Below, in pieces: positions 20,139 through 28,768 of a stretch of 57,610 bases of DNA. The translations under genes and the position numbers were made by a program. The stretch lies in NCBI GenBank assembly GCA_018969905.1, contig JAGWXK010000003.1, positions 1 to 57,610 on the forward strand. Reading direction: 5' to 3'. Below the pieces are notes generated by a model. That model did no database searches. It was given only the letters and a program-made list of their open reading frames with translations, and had not been told where the DNA came from. This stretch comes from Bdellovibrionales bacterium. GTDB taxonomy: Bacteria; Bdellovibrionota; UBA1018; CAIMNF01. Numbering within the stretch: position 1 is the stretch's first letter; every line of letters starts with the position of its first letter.

Positions 20139-20981
20139 ATGCCAAGTTTTGAGACTTTCTGTGAGAGGTTTCTTGAGCTGAAAAGAGCCGGGACACCGAT
20201 GGTGGTGGTGACGCTTACGGGAGAGAGGGGACACGTTCCGCAGGATCTTGGAGCCCGCATGGTGGTGGGTGATGATGGCATCCTGTTTGGAACCATTGGC
20301 GGAGGAAAGATCGAAAAACGATGCATTGAGCAGGCGCAGGAGTATCTTTCCGCAAAAGACGGTCCCACGAAATACAGCTTTACCTGGAACCTTCAGCGTG
20401 ACATCGGAATGAGCTGTGGAGGGGAGCTCAGTGTGCTTTTTGAGGTGTTCTCTGGAAATCGTGAGTGGCGGATCGCACTCTTTGGTGCAGGCCACATTGT
20501 GCAGGAACTTGCGCCCTTGCTCTTGAAGCTGGAGTGTCGTCTCCAGGTCTTTGATCCGAGGATCGAGTGGTTGTCCAGGATTTCCGATCACCCACGTCTT
20601 GAAAAACGATTGACTCCGGACATGGTACCGATGATCGATGAACTCTCGCCCGATTGTTTTGTCGGGATCATCACCATGGGGCATGCGACCGACTATCCAC
20701 TCGTGAAGCGCGCCCTTGAGACAAGGACCTTTCCCTATCTGGGTGTCATCGGCAGCAAGGTGAAACGGATCAAAATCAACTCCGATCTCCTTGCTGCCGG
20801 AATCCCGGGTGCCAGGGTCGATAGTTTTCACTGTCCGATGGGAGAGGATTACGGAAAGAACGATCCGGCTGAAATCGCAATCTCGATTGCATCTCAAATG
20901 CTTTCCATCAGGCGTGATCTTGGTCTTCAGGAATCCCGTACAGGTGGAGGCGGTTCATCCCTCCGTCAGGATGAACGGTGA
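20139..20981 (+). CDS. xdhC: Xanthine dehydrogenase accessory protein XdhC
   Basis: GTIGGG, IGMSCGG, LFGAGH, YLGVIGS and PAEIAISI; overlaps the 3' end of the convergent fusion gene. Confidence 0.93.
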   Translation: MPSFETFCERFLELKRAGTPMVVVTLTGERGHVPQDLGARMVVGDDGILFGTIGGGKIEKRCIEQAQEYLSAKDGPTKYSFTWNLQRDIGMSCGGELSVLFEVFSGNREWRIALFGAGHIVQELAPLLLKLECRLQVFDPRIEWLSRISDHPRLEKRLTPDMVPMIDELSPDCFVGIITMGHATDYPLVKRALETRTFPYLGVIGSKVKRIKINSDLLAAGIPGARVDSFHCPMGEDYGKNDPAEIAISIASQMLSIRRDLGLQESRTGGGGSSLRQDER

Positions 20982-23900
20982 GTTTGACTTCGGTGAGGAC
21001 GTCCTTGAGGTCCATCTCCCGAACAAACCGGTTTCCCGCATAAGGCTTTACGAGTGTTTTTGGCATGATTTGCTTCCAAACCCCTTGCGAGAGCCCATGC
21101 AATTCCACTTCGCGCGGGTTGTTGTTACGGAAAAAAGTGAAGTCCATTTCAACGCGGGTGATTCTTCCGGGTTTGGCCAGACGCAGGTGAACCGATTCAG
21201 TGTGCCCCGGAGTCCTGCTTCTGGCCGACTCAAGCCCGTCAAACATGTGGATGGGAGCAAAAGGTGAAATCATGCGCGCGGCCGGCCCATAGTGCTCGTT
21301 TGATGCAGAAATGATTTTTGCGCCGAAGGCCTCGCAAGCAAGGTCGATCGGCAGACATTCGGATATCCGACCCCAGTTGCGGGCGAGTTTTGCCTGGTCC
21401 AGATGGTAGTCCGGAGCAAGGGGTTTTTGAGGTTGCGGAATCGGCATCGGATCGCGCACACACTCGGCAGTGTTGACCTCGCGATAGAACCTTTTTTCTT
21501 CGGCCGGGAGAAGATCATCAAACAGGGCAAGGCGGGTCAAGCCCCCGTCAGGCGACATCTTGACCTTGATGGCCGAAATCAGCAGCGACGAGTTTGCGGA
21601 GATGATTCGTTTTTCAGAGTGCCCTTCCATCGAGGTTTTCGGAAGAAGCGTGATCCATGCGTCTCCACCTGCTTTTTTCCCTAGAATTTCAACAAGTGGC
21701 GCCTGGTTGCCAAGATGGTATCGGGTGGAGATCCGAAGATAGTGAACATAAGAGGGTTTTTTCAACTCAAGGATCAGTCGGTCCGAGTCTTTCGGGTTGT
21801 GACGGGCGCTCTCCCAACTGTCCATCACCTTTCCCTGCCTTCCATAGAGACCGGGATCAAACACCGGCTCATGCAGGGAGATCAGGTTTTCAGCGCGCGC
21901 AAATCGCTGGTTTGAAACGCTGATGATTCTCGCGTCGGCCAGAAGATTGTATTTTGAAAGCGGATCGAGCGGTCCTTTGGGATGGATTTCCTCGGGGAGG
22001 TCCGGAAGAAAAGCCTTGAAGACAAGGTTTTTATAGCCAAGATTGACGATCTCCTCGATGGGCATTCCGGCGGAATCGAGGTTTGCCTGGAATTCGCTTT
22101 CATCAACACCCTTGATTTTCAGTTCCTTGAGAATCTCTTGTGCGGCTTCCGCGCAAAACAAAACGCCATTGTCATCCGCGTTGCAAAGGATCACCATCCC
22201 CTTGCCCCGGTCCGGCCCACGAAAACAATGAAGCGAAAGGCACCGAAAACCGTCATTTGCGCCCTGGTGAATCGCAAACCGGTTTTCAAGAGCTTCACCG
22301 ATGAACACTCCGATTCCGGCATTCACTCCCATGAATTCCTGGCTCGAACTGTCGGTATCCTCGAGCATTCGGACAGCTGTTTCATGGGAAACCGCCACAT
22401 CTCCTTGATACCGATGAAATCCTGATTCCAAAATATCCAAAAACCGGTGATAGCTTCGCGCGGTGCCCAGGCCCCCGGCTGCGCAGGCAGGGAAGTTCAG
22501 CCGCCCTCCCGGGATCTCATCCCCGTTTTTCCGGTACCCCTTTGCATACACGAAACCTTCCTGATCGAGGGATTGAAAGCTCAGTTCCGGAAGTCCGAGG
22601 CTTTGGAAAAAAGGGGCTGCGATCGCCGCGATCGGCTTTCCTTCGAGGGATTCAAGAAGGTGTTCAAGGACAAGAAAACCGCCTCCGGAATACTTGAAGC
22701 CTGATCCTGGTTGAAAGAGAGCCCCGGTTTCCTCGTACCCGTACCTTGAGGGATCCCGTAAGATGGAAAGCACACCCGGCATGGGTTTTTCTGCAGGAAA
22801 TCCCCTCACATAGTGCTGGTTTAAGGCATTGTGTTTCATCAGGTTCAGAATTCTGACCTGATCGCCCCAGGCAGGATGCGAGATGTCCAATGATCTGATC
22901 TGATAGGGGGAGCGAAATTTTTTCAAAAGTGGATTCACAGGGGTTTCGAGAGAAATCGCCTTTGAACGGAAGATTTCGAGCGATAGGGCGGAGGCAAGGG
23001 TTTTGCTGAGTGATGCAAGCTCAAAGCGGGTTTCGGGCTCCACACGCGGGCCTCCCTTGAACGCGTGACCAAGGCAAATATCCTGAAAAACCCGTTCACC
23101 CGCACTGATCGAGATCTGGACTCCGGTGACTTCATGCTTGATCCGGAGGGCCTCGATCCGTTCAAGCAGGCTTGCCGAACCAAGAGGCACAAGGCGTTTG
23201 GCACTGATCCGCCATAGTTCAAGCCGCGCATTCTGGAGCTCTACCTCTTCTGTGTTGTGCAGGCGTTCATTTAGTTTGGTGAGAATCTCTGATCCCGACT
23301 TTCCCTGGGCTGATACAAGAAACTTCATTCCAAAACGCTTGAGATACTCTTGTCCCCCTGCAAGGAGCTCTCGCCTAAGCTCTTCCTGCCCCAGAAGCAC
23401 CCCTGCTTGCTCGGATGCAGCAAGTTCATCAAGGGTCCTCTTGTTTTCTCCGATGTCACCGTGAAACGACGCCGCATCCAGAATGTCATTCTTGGTGAAT
23501 TCCATGACAATCCTCTCGGCTAGCTCCAGGTCAGGTGAGAGGAGATTTGAGAGAGGGAGTGCGAACTTCATGCTGCCACAGACCGAAAAGTAATGGTTCA
23601 GTCGCTCGATCCTCGGGGAGAGATTGTATTTTCCGGGTTCAAGACCCATTAGTGTTTCAAGGGGTTCGGGCGAGTTTCGAACAGATTCAATCGTGAAAGG
23701 AAGAAGCAGCTCTGATGCGAACTCTACCGGTTCAGGATCGGTCATCAACTTCAGCATCAATTTGAGTGCGATCGGATACCACTTTGCTGTTCTTTCATCC
23801 CATTTCACCTGGACGATCTTTTTTCCGTCGGACAGATCCTTCCTGATGAAACGCATCTCTTCGTGTGCAATTCGTACAAAGTCTTCGATCTTGACGCGCC

Positions 23901-25650
23901 CATGGTGGATTTCATGCCACACCTCCCATCGGGAACGCTCTGCAGTGGCAAGATCATCCATTACGCGGACAGGAACCCCTTTGAGCTGTGCGGGCAATGC
24001 CACACACCCATTTCCCGAAAGCCAGTCGGTAAGGTACTGAAGCGACTGGAACACGTTGTAGCGGACTTCCTCTTGGTCGTGGTTTGCGATGAAGGTCGAT
24101 TCCTTGAGATCAGCCACAATCAGGGAGCGGGGGTAAAGAGGGTCATCGATCCTGAGTCCCTCGATGTCAGACCCCTGGATGAATGAAAGAATTTCCTCGT
24201 GATGTTCCGGAAGCAATAGCGAGCACACAAGTTCGTCCAACAACTGGGGCGAGGAATCTCTCAGTTTCCATGCCTGAACGAGCGCCATTCCCAGCCGCAC
24301 AAAGTCCGGATGCGCCACCCAGAAGCCGCTCAAGTTGCGCTTGAGCTGGGTCACCACATCCTTGATGTAGCCCTTGATGGTGAGTTGAAAGGAGGGACTT
24401 GTGAGTTCGTTTTCGATTGGCAAAACCCCGTACATTCCGCCGATCTTGATTCCACCCCGTGATCCGACCACCTCGGAGAGCAGATCATGGGATGCTTTGA
24501 TGTATTTGATGACAATGTCCGGATCGGCTTTTACCGGAATCCTGTAATTCGCGTCATTCTTGAATAAACGGGCAGTGGATGCCAGGTAGTCGTGCCAGCC
24601 GAGCGAGGCCCCTGCAAAATACGGGTGGAGGGCATCCATGATCTCATTGACCCTGAAAATGGCTCGTGGGTTTTCAAGAACGACAAACAATCGAATCGAA
24701 CCCGGTTCATAGGTGGGGTGTTCTTTTCGGAGAAGATCCTCCGCGGTTTCGATCATCAGTCTGATGTACGCCGCCTCTTCCTCGTTTTCGAGTTTCGGCA
24801 CGTAGTAGCAGAGTGCAGGTTCACGGTTCCAATGCGTGTAGAGGTGCAAAGCGAAGTCGTACAGGTGCAGAGGAAGGGGATTTCCCTCAAACAAAAGGAA
24901 GGGAGCGGGAAGGGCAAGGCCTGGAAACCGTTTGATCGGAAGCGAGAGACGGGTGGATTCAAGTTGGTATGATTTTCCTGTTTTCTCGTCCTGAAAACGG
25001 AGGGTCCCCTCAAAGCAGCCTTTCAGGTTTTGTCCGGCAGAAATCAGATCCTGTCTGAGCGGGGTTTTCGAGTCCTCATCATCCGCGCCCCAGAAAGGGG
25101 CATCCTCGCAGGTTTCAAGGATGCCAGAAACAATTGTAGGCTCGTCCCTGATCCTTCGGTGAAATGCGTTCATTGCATTAATAGAGAGTTTCGGATCATC
25201 AGGTGGTCCGAAGAGAGTGACATGAGTGCCCTTTAGGAAGGTGGGGAGATTGGCAATCGGATCACCGTAGCCCTTTTTGCAGTAGAAAGGATTTTTCGGT
25301 CCGATGACGATTCGACCCTCGCCGTCCTCATGGCCGAGTACACTTTCATAGTCTTGATCCCGAAGATCGATCTTCAAGGATTGATTGAGTTCGTAACAGG
25401 ATTTCGTGCGCTCATCCAGGAACTTGCGGTCGATTTTCCTTTGCTCCAGCACCCGGTTCAGGGGCTCTTTTAGGATCTGATAGAGTTCACACAGAAAACG
25501 GAACGACTCTCTGTTTTCGAGGCCACCCGAGGGACCCAATTGTCTGAGCCCGGGAACGCCCTCAACCGGTAGACTTTCCTTTTTTAGGTGCTCAAGGAGG
25601 GCCGGTGAGAGGTAGTCGTGGTAGTAAGGAATGTCCGTTTTTTCCATCAT
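20908..25650 (-). CDS. Multidomain fusion: malate synthase + OHCU decarboxylase + beta-lactamase-like serine hydrolase + allantoicase
   Basis: Malate synthase motifs (ADDEDS, YYVPKLE, GFWVAHPDFV, WLSGNGCV, MDDLATAERSR) at ~23620-25650. OHCU decarboxylase (FHGDIG, SEQAG, YLKRFGMKFLV) at ~23190-23600. SxxK/YSG/HQG serine hydrolase at ~22100-23170. Two allantoicase repeats (DSWESAR, DGLESAR, PDGG) at ~20930-21950. Start probably ATG 25650, right after the uraH stop. Confidence 0.88.
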   Translation of the reverse strand: MMEKTDIPYYHDYLSPALLEHLKKESLPVEGVPGLRQLGPSGGLENRESFRFLCELYQILKEPLNRVLEQRKIDRKFLDERTKSCYELNQSLKIDLRDQDYESVLGHEDGEGRIVIGPKNPFYCKKGYGDPIANLPTFLKGTHVTLFGPPDDPKLSINAMNAFHRRIRDEPTIVSGILETCEDAPFWGADDEDSKTPLRQDLISAGQNLKGCFEGTLRFQDEKTGKSYQLESTRLSLPIKRFPGLALPAPFLLFEGNPLPLHLYDFALHLYTHWNREPALCYYVPKLENEEEAAYIRLMIETAEDLLRKEHPTYEPGSIRLFVVLENPRAIFRVNEIMDALHPYFAGASLGWHDYLASTARLFKNDANYRIPVKADPDIVIKYIKASHDLLSEVVGSRGGIKIGGMYGVLPIENELTSPSFQLTIKGYIKDVVTQLKRNLSGFWVAHPDFVRLGMALVQAWKLRDSSPQLLDELVCSLLLPEHHEEILSFIQGSDIEGLRIDDPLYPRSLIVADLKESTFIANHDQEEVRYNVFQSLQYLTDWLSGNGCVALPAQLKGVPVRVMDDLATAERSRWEVWHEIHHGRVKIEDFVRIAHEEMRFIRKDLSDGKKIVQVKWDERTAKWYPIALKLMLKLMTDPEPVEFASELLLPFTIESVRNSPEPLETLMGLEPGKYNLSPRIERLNHYFSVCGSMKFALPLSNLLSPDLELAERIVMEFTKNDILDAASFHGDIGENKRTLDELAASEQAGVLLGQEELRRELLAGGQEYLKRFGMKFLVSAQGKSGSEILTKLNERLHNTEEVELQNARLELWRISAKRLVPLGSASLLERIEALRIKHEVTGVQISISAGERVFQDICLGHAFKGGPRVEPETRFELASLSKTLASALSLEIFRSKAISLETPVNPLLKKFRSPYQIRSLDISHPAWGDQVRILNLMKHNALNQHYVRGFPAEKPMPGVLSILRDPSRYGYEETGALFQPGSGFKYSGGGFLVLEHLLESLEGKPIAAIAAPFFQSLGLPELSFQSLDQEGFVYAKGYRKNGDEIPGGRLNFPACAAGGLGTARSYHRFLDILESGFHRYQGDVAVSHETAVRMLEDTDSSSQEFMGVNAGIGVFIGEALENRFAIHQGANDGFRCLSLHCFRGPDRGKGMVILCNADDNGVLFCAEAAQEILKELKIKGVDESEFQANLDSAGMPIEEIVNLGYKNLVFKAFLPDLPEEIHPKGPLDPLSKYNLLADARIISVSNQRFARAENLISLHEPVFDPGLYGRQGKVMDSWESARHNPKDSDRLILELKKPSYVHYLRISTRYHLGNQAPLVEILGKKAGGDAWITLLPKTSMEGHSEKRIISANSSLLISAIKVKMSPDGGLTRLALFDDLLPAEEKRFYREVNTAECVRDPMPIPQPQKPLAPDYHLDQAKLARNWGRISECLPIDLACEAFGAKIISASNEHYGPAARMISPFAPIHMFDGLESARSRTPGHTESVHLRLAKPGRITRVEMDFTFFRNNNPREVELHGLSQGVWKQIMPKTLVKPYAGNRFVREMDLKDVLTEVKLTVHPDGGMNRLHLYGIPEDQDHA

Positions 25651-25651
25651 T

Positions 25652-25984
25652 TCATGATCCGCGATAGGTGGAATACCCAAATGGGTTTAAGAGGAGGGGA
25701 ACGTGGTACTTTCGGCCCGTGTTTGAAATTTTGAAGATCACGGGCGCAGTGAGAAAGAAGAAATCGCTTTGAGTCTCTTCAAGATACTCCGAAATTTGAA
25801 AGGTCAATCGATAGGTACCCGCAAGCTTTTCGCAATCAAAGGAGTGTCGTCCATCCGCGTTGGTGCGGCCGCGCGCGATTTCGGAAAATTCCGACGATGA
25901 TCCATTCTTTGCGATCTCGAGCACAACCTCGATGCCCTCTGCGGGCATTCCTTTGCTGGTGTCCAGTACGTGCGTGCTGATCAT
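25652..25984 (-). CDS. uraH: 5-hydroxyisourate hydrolase (transthyretin-like)
   Basis: ISTHVLD, TNADGR, YHVPLLL and C-terminal YRGS. Confidence 0.96.
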   Translation of the reverse strand: MISTHVLDTSKGMPAEGIEVVLEIAKNGSSSEFSEIARGRTNADGRHSFDCEKLAGTYRLTFQISEYLEETQSDFFFLTAPVIFKISNTGRKYHVPLLLNPFGYSTYRGS

Positions 25985-25990
25985 GCGTTC

Positions 25991-27607
25991 CTACTTTCCA
26001 TAACTGAAATCGAGTTCAAGGGTTTGATCTGCTTTTACTGTCACTTCCTGTTTCAGGGATCCGAAAACCTCATGCCAGGCCTCCAGTGTGTAAGTCCCGA
26101 CCGGCACGTTCGAAATGGTGAACTCACCTGAGGTTCCGGTTACCTGAAAATACGGATGATCGAGGACCGCAATCGAGGCACTCATCCACGGGTGGACGCT
26201 GCACTTGGATTCGATGAAAATCTCAGGTTTTTGAAACACCTTCGTCATCTTGTCGTTTTTCAAAGGCATCGCCACGTTGAAGTTTTCGTTTTCCTTACTC
26301 AGTGATTTCACGTTGTGGAAGATCGGATCGCTGTTTAGAAAATCCACAGGCTGCCCGACGCGAACGGCAAGAAGTCTTGGCTCGTACTGACATTCCTTTT
26401 GATCGAGCACCGCGTGCGTTTTCGGGGGAGCGCCGAAGTCCCTTGGTTTAAGGCCACGAGTGATGGACACAAGCACGTTCGCGACCTTGCCTTCGGATAC
26501 CAGGATGTCGTTTGACAAAACTTCGGGCTTTCCGCTCGGATTGCAGCCTCCGGGCACCGACAGGGTCTCACGAGCGGGAGGGGTGCCGCGGTAAAGCGCT
26601 CGCCCGCGAAGGGTGCCATGAGGACCCACATCCACTGGCGCGGATTCTTCCGCCTTCGAATTCACTGCGGGTTCTGGAGTCGCGGGGATTTCCTGGGAAA
26701 GGTTCTCGCGGGTAAGGATCATCACGGCAAGAATGATCGTCGCACCCAAGACTCCGAACCGACGCGAGCGCATGGGGTTCGAGAGCCGGACCACGAAGAA
26801 TTCTCGGATCGCCGCTCCCGCTGCGCTGATCGCAATTAGGATCTGCCAGTTGTAGGCATTGCCATAGGTGTTCGGGAAGTGGTTGGAGAGCATGATGAAA
26901 ATGACCGGAAGAGTAAAGTAGGTGTTGTGGGTGGAGCGATTCTTTGCGTTCTTTGCCCATTCCTGATTCACAGGTTCGCCGCGTTTTGAGGCTTCCACCA
27001 TTTTCACCTGGCGGGGGATGATCCGAAGGAAGACGTTTGCGGTCATCCATGTGCCGAGCATTCCTCCGATGTGGATATAGGCCGCCCGCCCGCTCAGGGT
27101 GTGACACAAAAGATAAACCATTCCTCCAAACCAAAGAAGAGTGATCGTGTGTCCGGCAAGCGGGTTCTTTTTTGTAAAATTTGATTCCCAAAGAGTGTCA
27201 TAAAAAACCCAGGATCCGATCAGGGAGCCTAGGCTCAGCAGGATCGCCTCTACAAAGCTGATCTTCGATACGCTTGAATCCAAAAGGAAGGTACCGGAGC
27301 CCGAGTAGAAAATGAGTGCGAGCAAAAAGATTCCGCTCATCCAAGTCCAATAGGATTCCCATTTGAACCAATGAAGTTCCTTTGGGACGGGAGTCGGACC
27401 CATGAGAAGTTTCTCGACATGATAAAATCCGCCTCCGTGGACCATCCAGAGGTCCCCGATGTGGCCCGGGTTTTTGGATTCCGGGTTTTTGACAAAACTC
27501 CGGTCAAGCCACATGAAAAAAATGGAGGTCCCAATCCAGGTGATTCCCACCATGATGTGCAGCCAGCGTCCTAGGAGTTGCAGCCATTCGAAGATTTCTT
27601 GATTCAC
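25991..27607 (-). CDS. puuD: PuuD-type membrane urate oxidase/hydroxylase with a C-terminal cupredoxin-like domain
   Basis: RWLHIMVGITWIGTS, WMVHGGGFY, LHWFKWESY, RSTHNTYFTLPV and MLSNH. The C-terminus has HNV...CSVHPWM and no CxxCH. Start probably GTG 27607, after an AAGGGG SD. Confidence 0.88.
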   Translation of the reverse strand: MNQEIFEWLQLLGRWLHIMVGITWIGTSIFFMWLDRSFVKNPESKNPGHIGDLWMVHGGGFYHVEKLLMGPTPVPKELHWFKWESYWTWMSGIFLLALIFYSGSGTFLLDSSVSKISFVEAILLSLGSLIGSWVFYDTLWESNFTKKNPLAGHTITLLWFGGMVYLLCHTLSGRAAYIHIGGMLGTWMTANVFLRIIPRQVKMVEASKRGEPVNQEWAKNAKNRSTHNTYFTLPVIFIMLSNHFPNTYGNAYNWQILIAISAAGAAIREFFVVRLSNPMRSRRFGVLGATIILAVMILTRENLSQEIPATPEPAVNSKAEESAPVDVGPHGTLRGRALYRGTPPARETLSVPGGCNPSGKPEVLSNDILVSEGKVANVLVSITRGLKPRDFGAPPKTHAVLDQKECQYEPRLLAVRVGQPVDFLNSDPIFHNVKSLSKENENFNVAMPLKNDKMTKVFQKPEIFIESKCSVHPWMSASIAVLDHPYFQVTGTSGEFTISNVPVGTYTLEAWHEVFGSLKQEVTVKADQTLELDFSYGK

Positions 27608-27742
27608 CGGTTTCGGACCCCTTTTTCCGAGGTCCGAGCTTAACGCATTTTCTGGGTAAATCGATCTTTTTTGTGGAGCCTTTCCTCTTCTGAAATGATT
27701 TTCATTCACCGGTCGGAAAAGATCCCTCCGTAAAGGCACCGG

Positions 27743-28768
27743 TTAGCGTTTTGTTGGCCGGTTTCTCGAGGCTCCAATGTGTTTACGGGACTCCTCTTTT
27801 GCATATCGTTTTGAGACGATCTTAAAAATGGAGTCCTTTTTGTGGATTCGCTTCAAATAATCGGCCGCGTCCTTGGGTGATCCCTCTCCCTCTTGATCCG
27901 CAAGGGATTCTGCTTCGCCCTCCGACTCATCAGAGGCAGGATTCTGTTCCGCGCCATTTAGAGAACCTGATCTTGAGTCAGAATCGGCAGAGTTCGAAGA
28001 CAAATTCCCTCCCGAACCAGAGGCGCCCTCGCTTCTGCCGCTGCCATATTCAATGACCTCCACATTTTGTCCTGAAACAACCTCAGACGGACCCACTGAG
28101 GTGGGAGCCTCGGTCCTGCCAGAGCCAAGCGAGGCATACTTCCCAGTGGAAAACGCAAAATCCTCTGTGGACGAGCCAGTTCCTCTTTTCTTGATTTTTT
28201 TTCCAGATGATCCTCCATCGAGGCCACCGATTCCCATCCCACTTGGGCCGGAGGAAGAAAATAAACCTCCCAATCCCGTCGAGGACTGCCCCGATGAAAG
28301 ATTTTGGGTGGGCGAAGCTCCGGTGAGTGCGTTTCTACCACCCGGGATCGGAATCTGGCCTCCCGATAGGAGGGCAGAGCTTTCAGCGCTGATCGTGCCG
28401 CTTGATGAGGATGGTGATTCTCCTGGATCTGGTGAGCCCTCGGGTGCGGCGTTGAGGTCGCTTGTGGCGCCTGTCAGAGTGATCGCATCATCAATGAGTT
28501 GATACGCGCCATCCAGCACATTTTCGGTCTCCACGAGGGTATCTGGAAGAATCGAGAAAAATCCCGAGTTGCAGACGGGCTCATTTGCGCCGTTTCCGTA
28601 ACAACACTTGGTTGCAAGAACCGAGTGTCTCGGAATGGGAATTCCATCTCCAACGATGCAAGCGTAATCCATGTGGACTTTGAAATCTCCGGCACGTGCA
28701 GGTTCTATCGAGAATCCAAATACGAAAAGAAAGATCATGATAAATGAATCGGCATTTCGTTTTACCAT
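27743..28768 (-). CDS. Secreted Gly/Ser-rich hypothetical protein
   Basis: Signal peptide, small Cys-containing N-domain, long low-complexity G/S region, C-terminal SIFKIVSKRY. Confidence 0.7.
   Translation of the reverse strand: MVKRNADSFIMIFLFVFGFSIEPARAGDFKVHMDYACIVGDGIPIPRHSVLATKCCYGNGANEPVCNSGFFSILPDTLVETENVLDGAYQLIDDAITLTGATSDLNAAPEGSPDPGESPSSSSGTISAESSALLSGGQIPIPGGRNALTGASPTQNLSSGQSSTGLGGLFSSSGPSGMGIGGLDGGSSGKKIKKRGTGSSTEDFAFSTGKYASLGSGRTEAPTSVGPSEVVSGQNVEVIEYGSGRSEGASGSGGNLSSNSADSDSRSGSLNGAEQNPASDESEGEAESLADQEGEGSPKDAADYLKRIHKKDSIFKIVSKRYAKEESRKHIGASRNRPTKR

Noticed and set aside
19845-20897. 350-aa - strand ORF
   Set aside because: Antisense shadow of xdhB/xdhC.
22100-23170. Antibiotic-resistance beta-lactamase call
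   Set aside because: The domain is internal to a cytoplasmic metabolic fusion with no signal peptide; the fold alone does not imply resistance.
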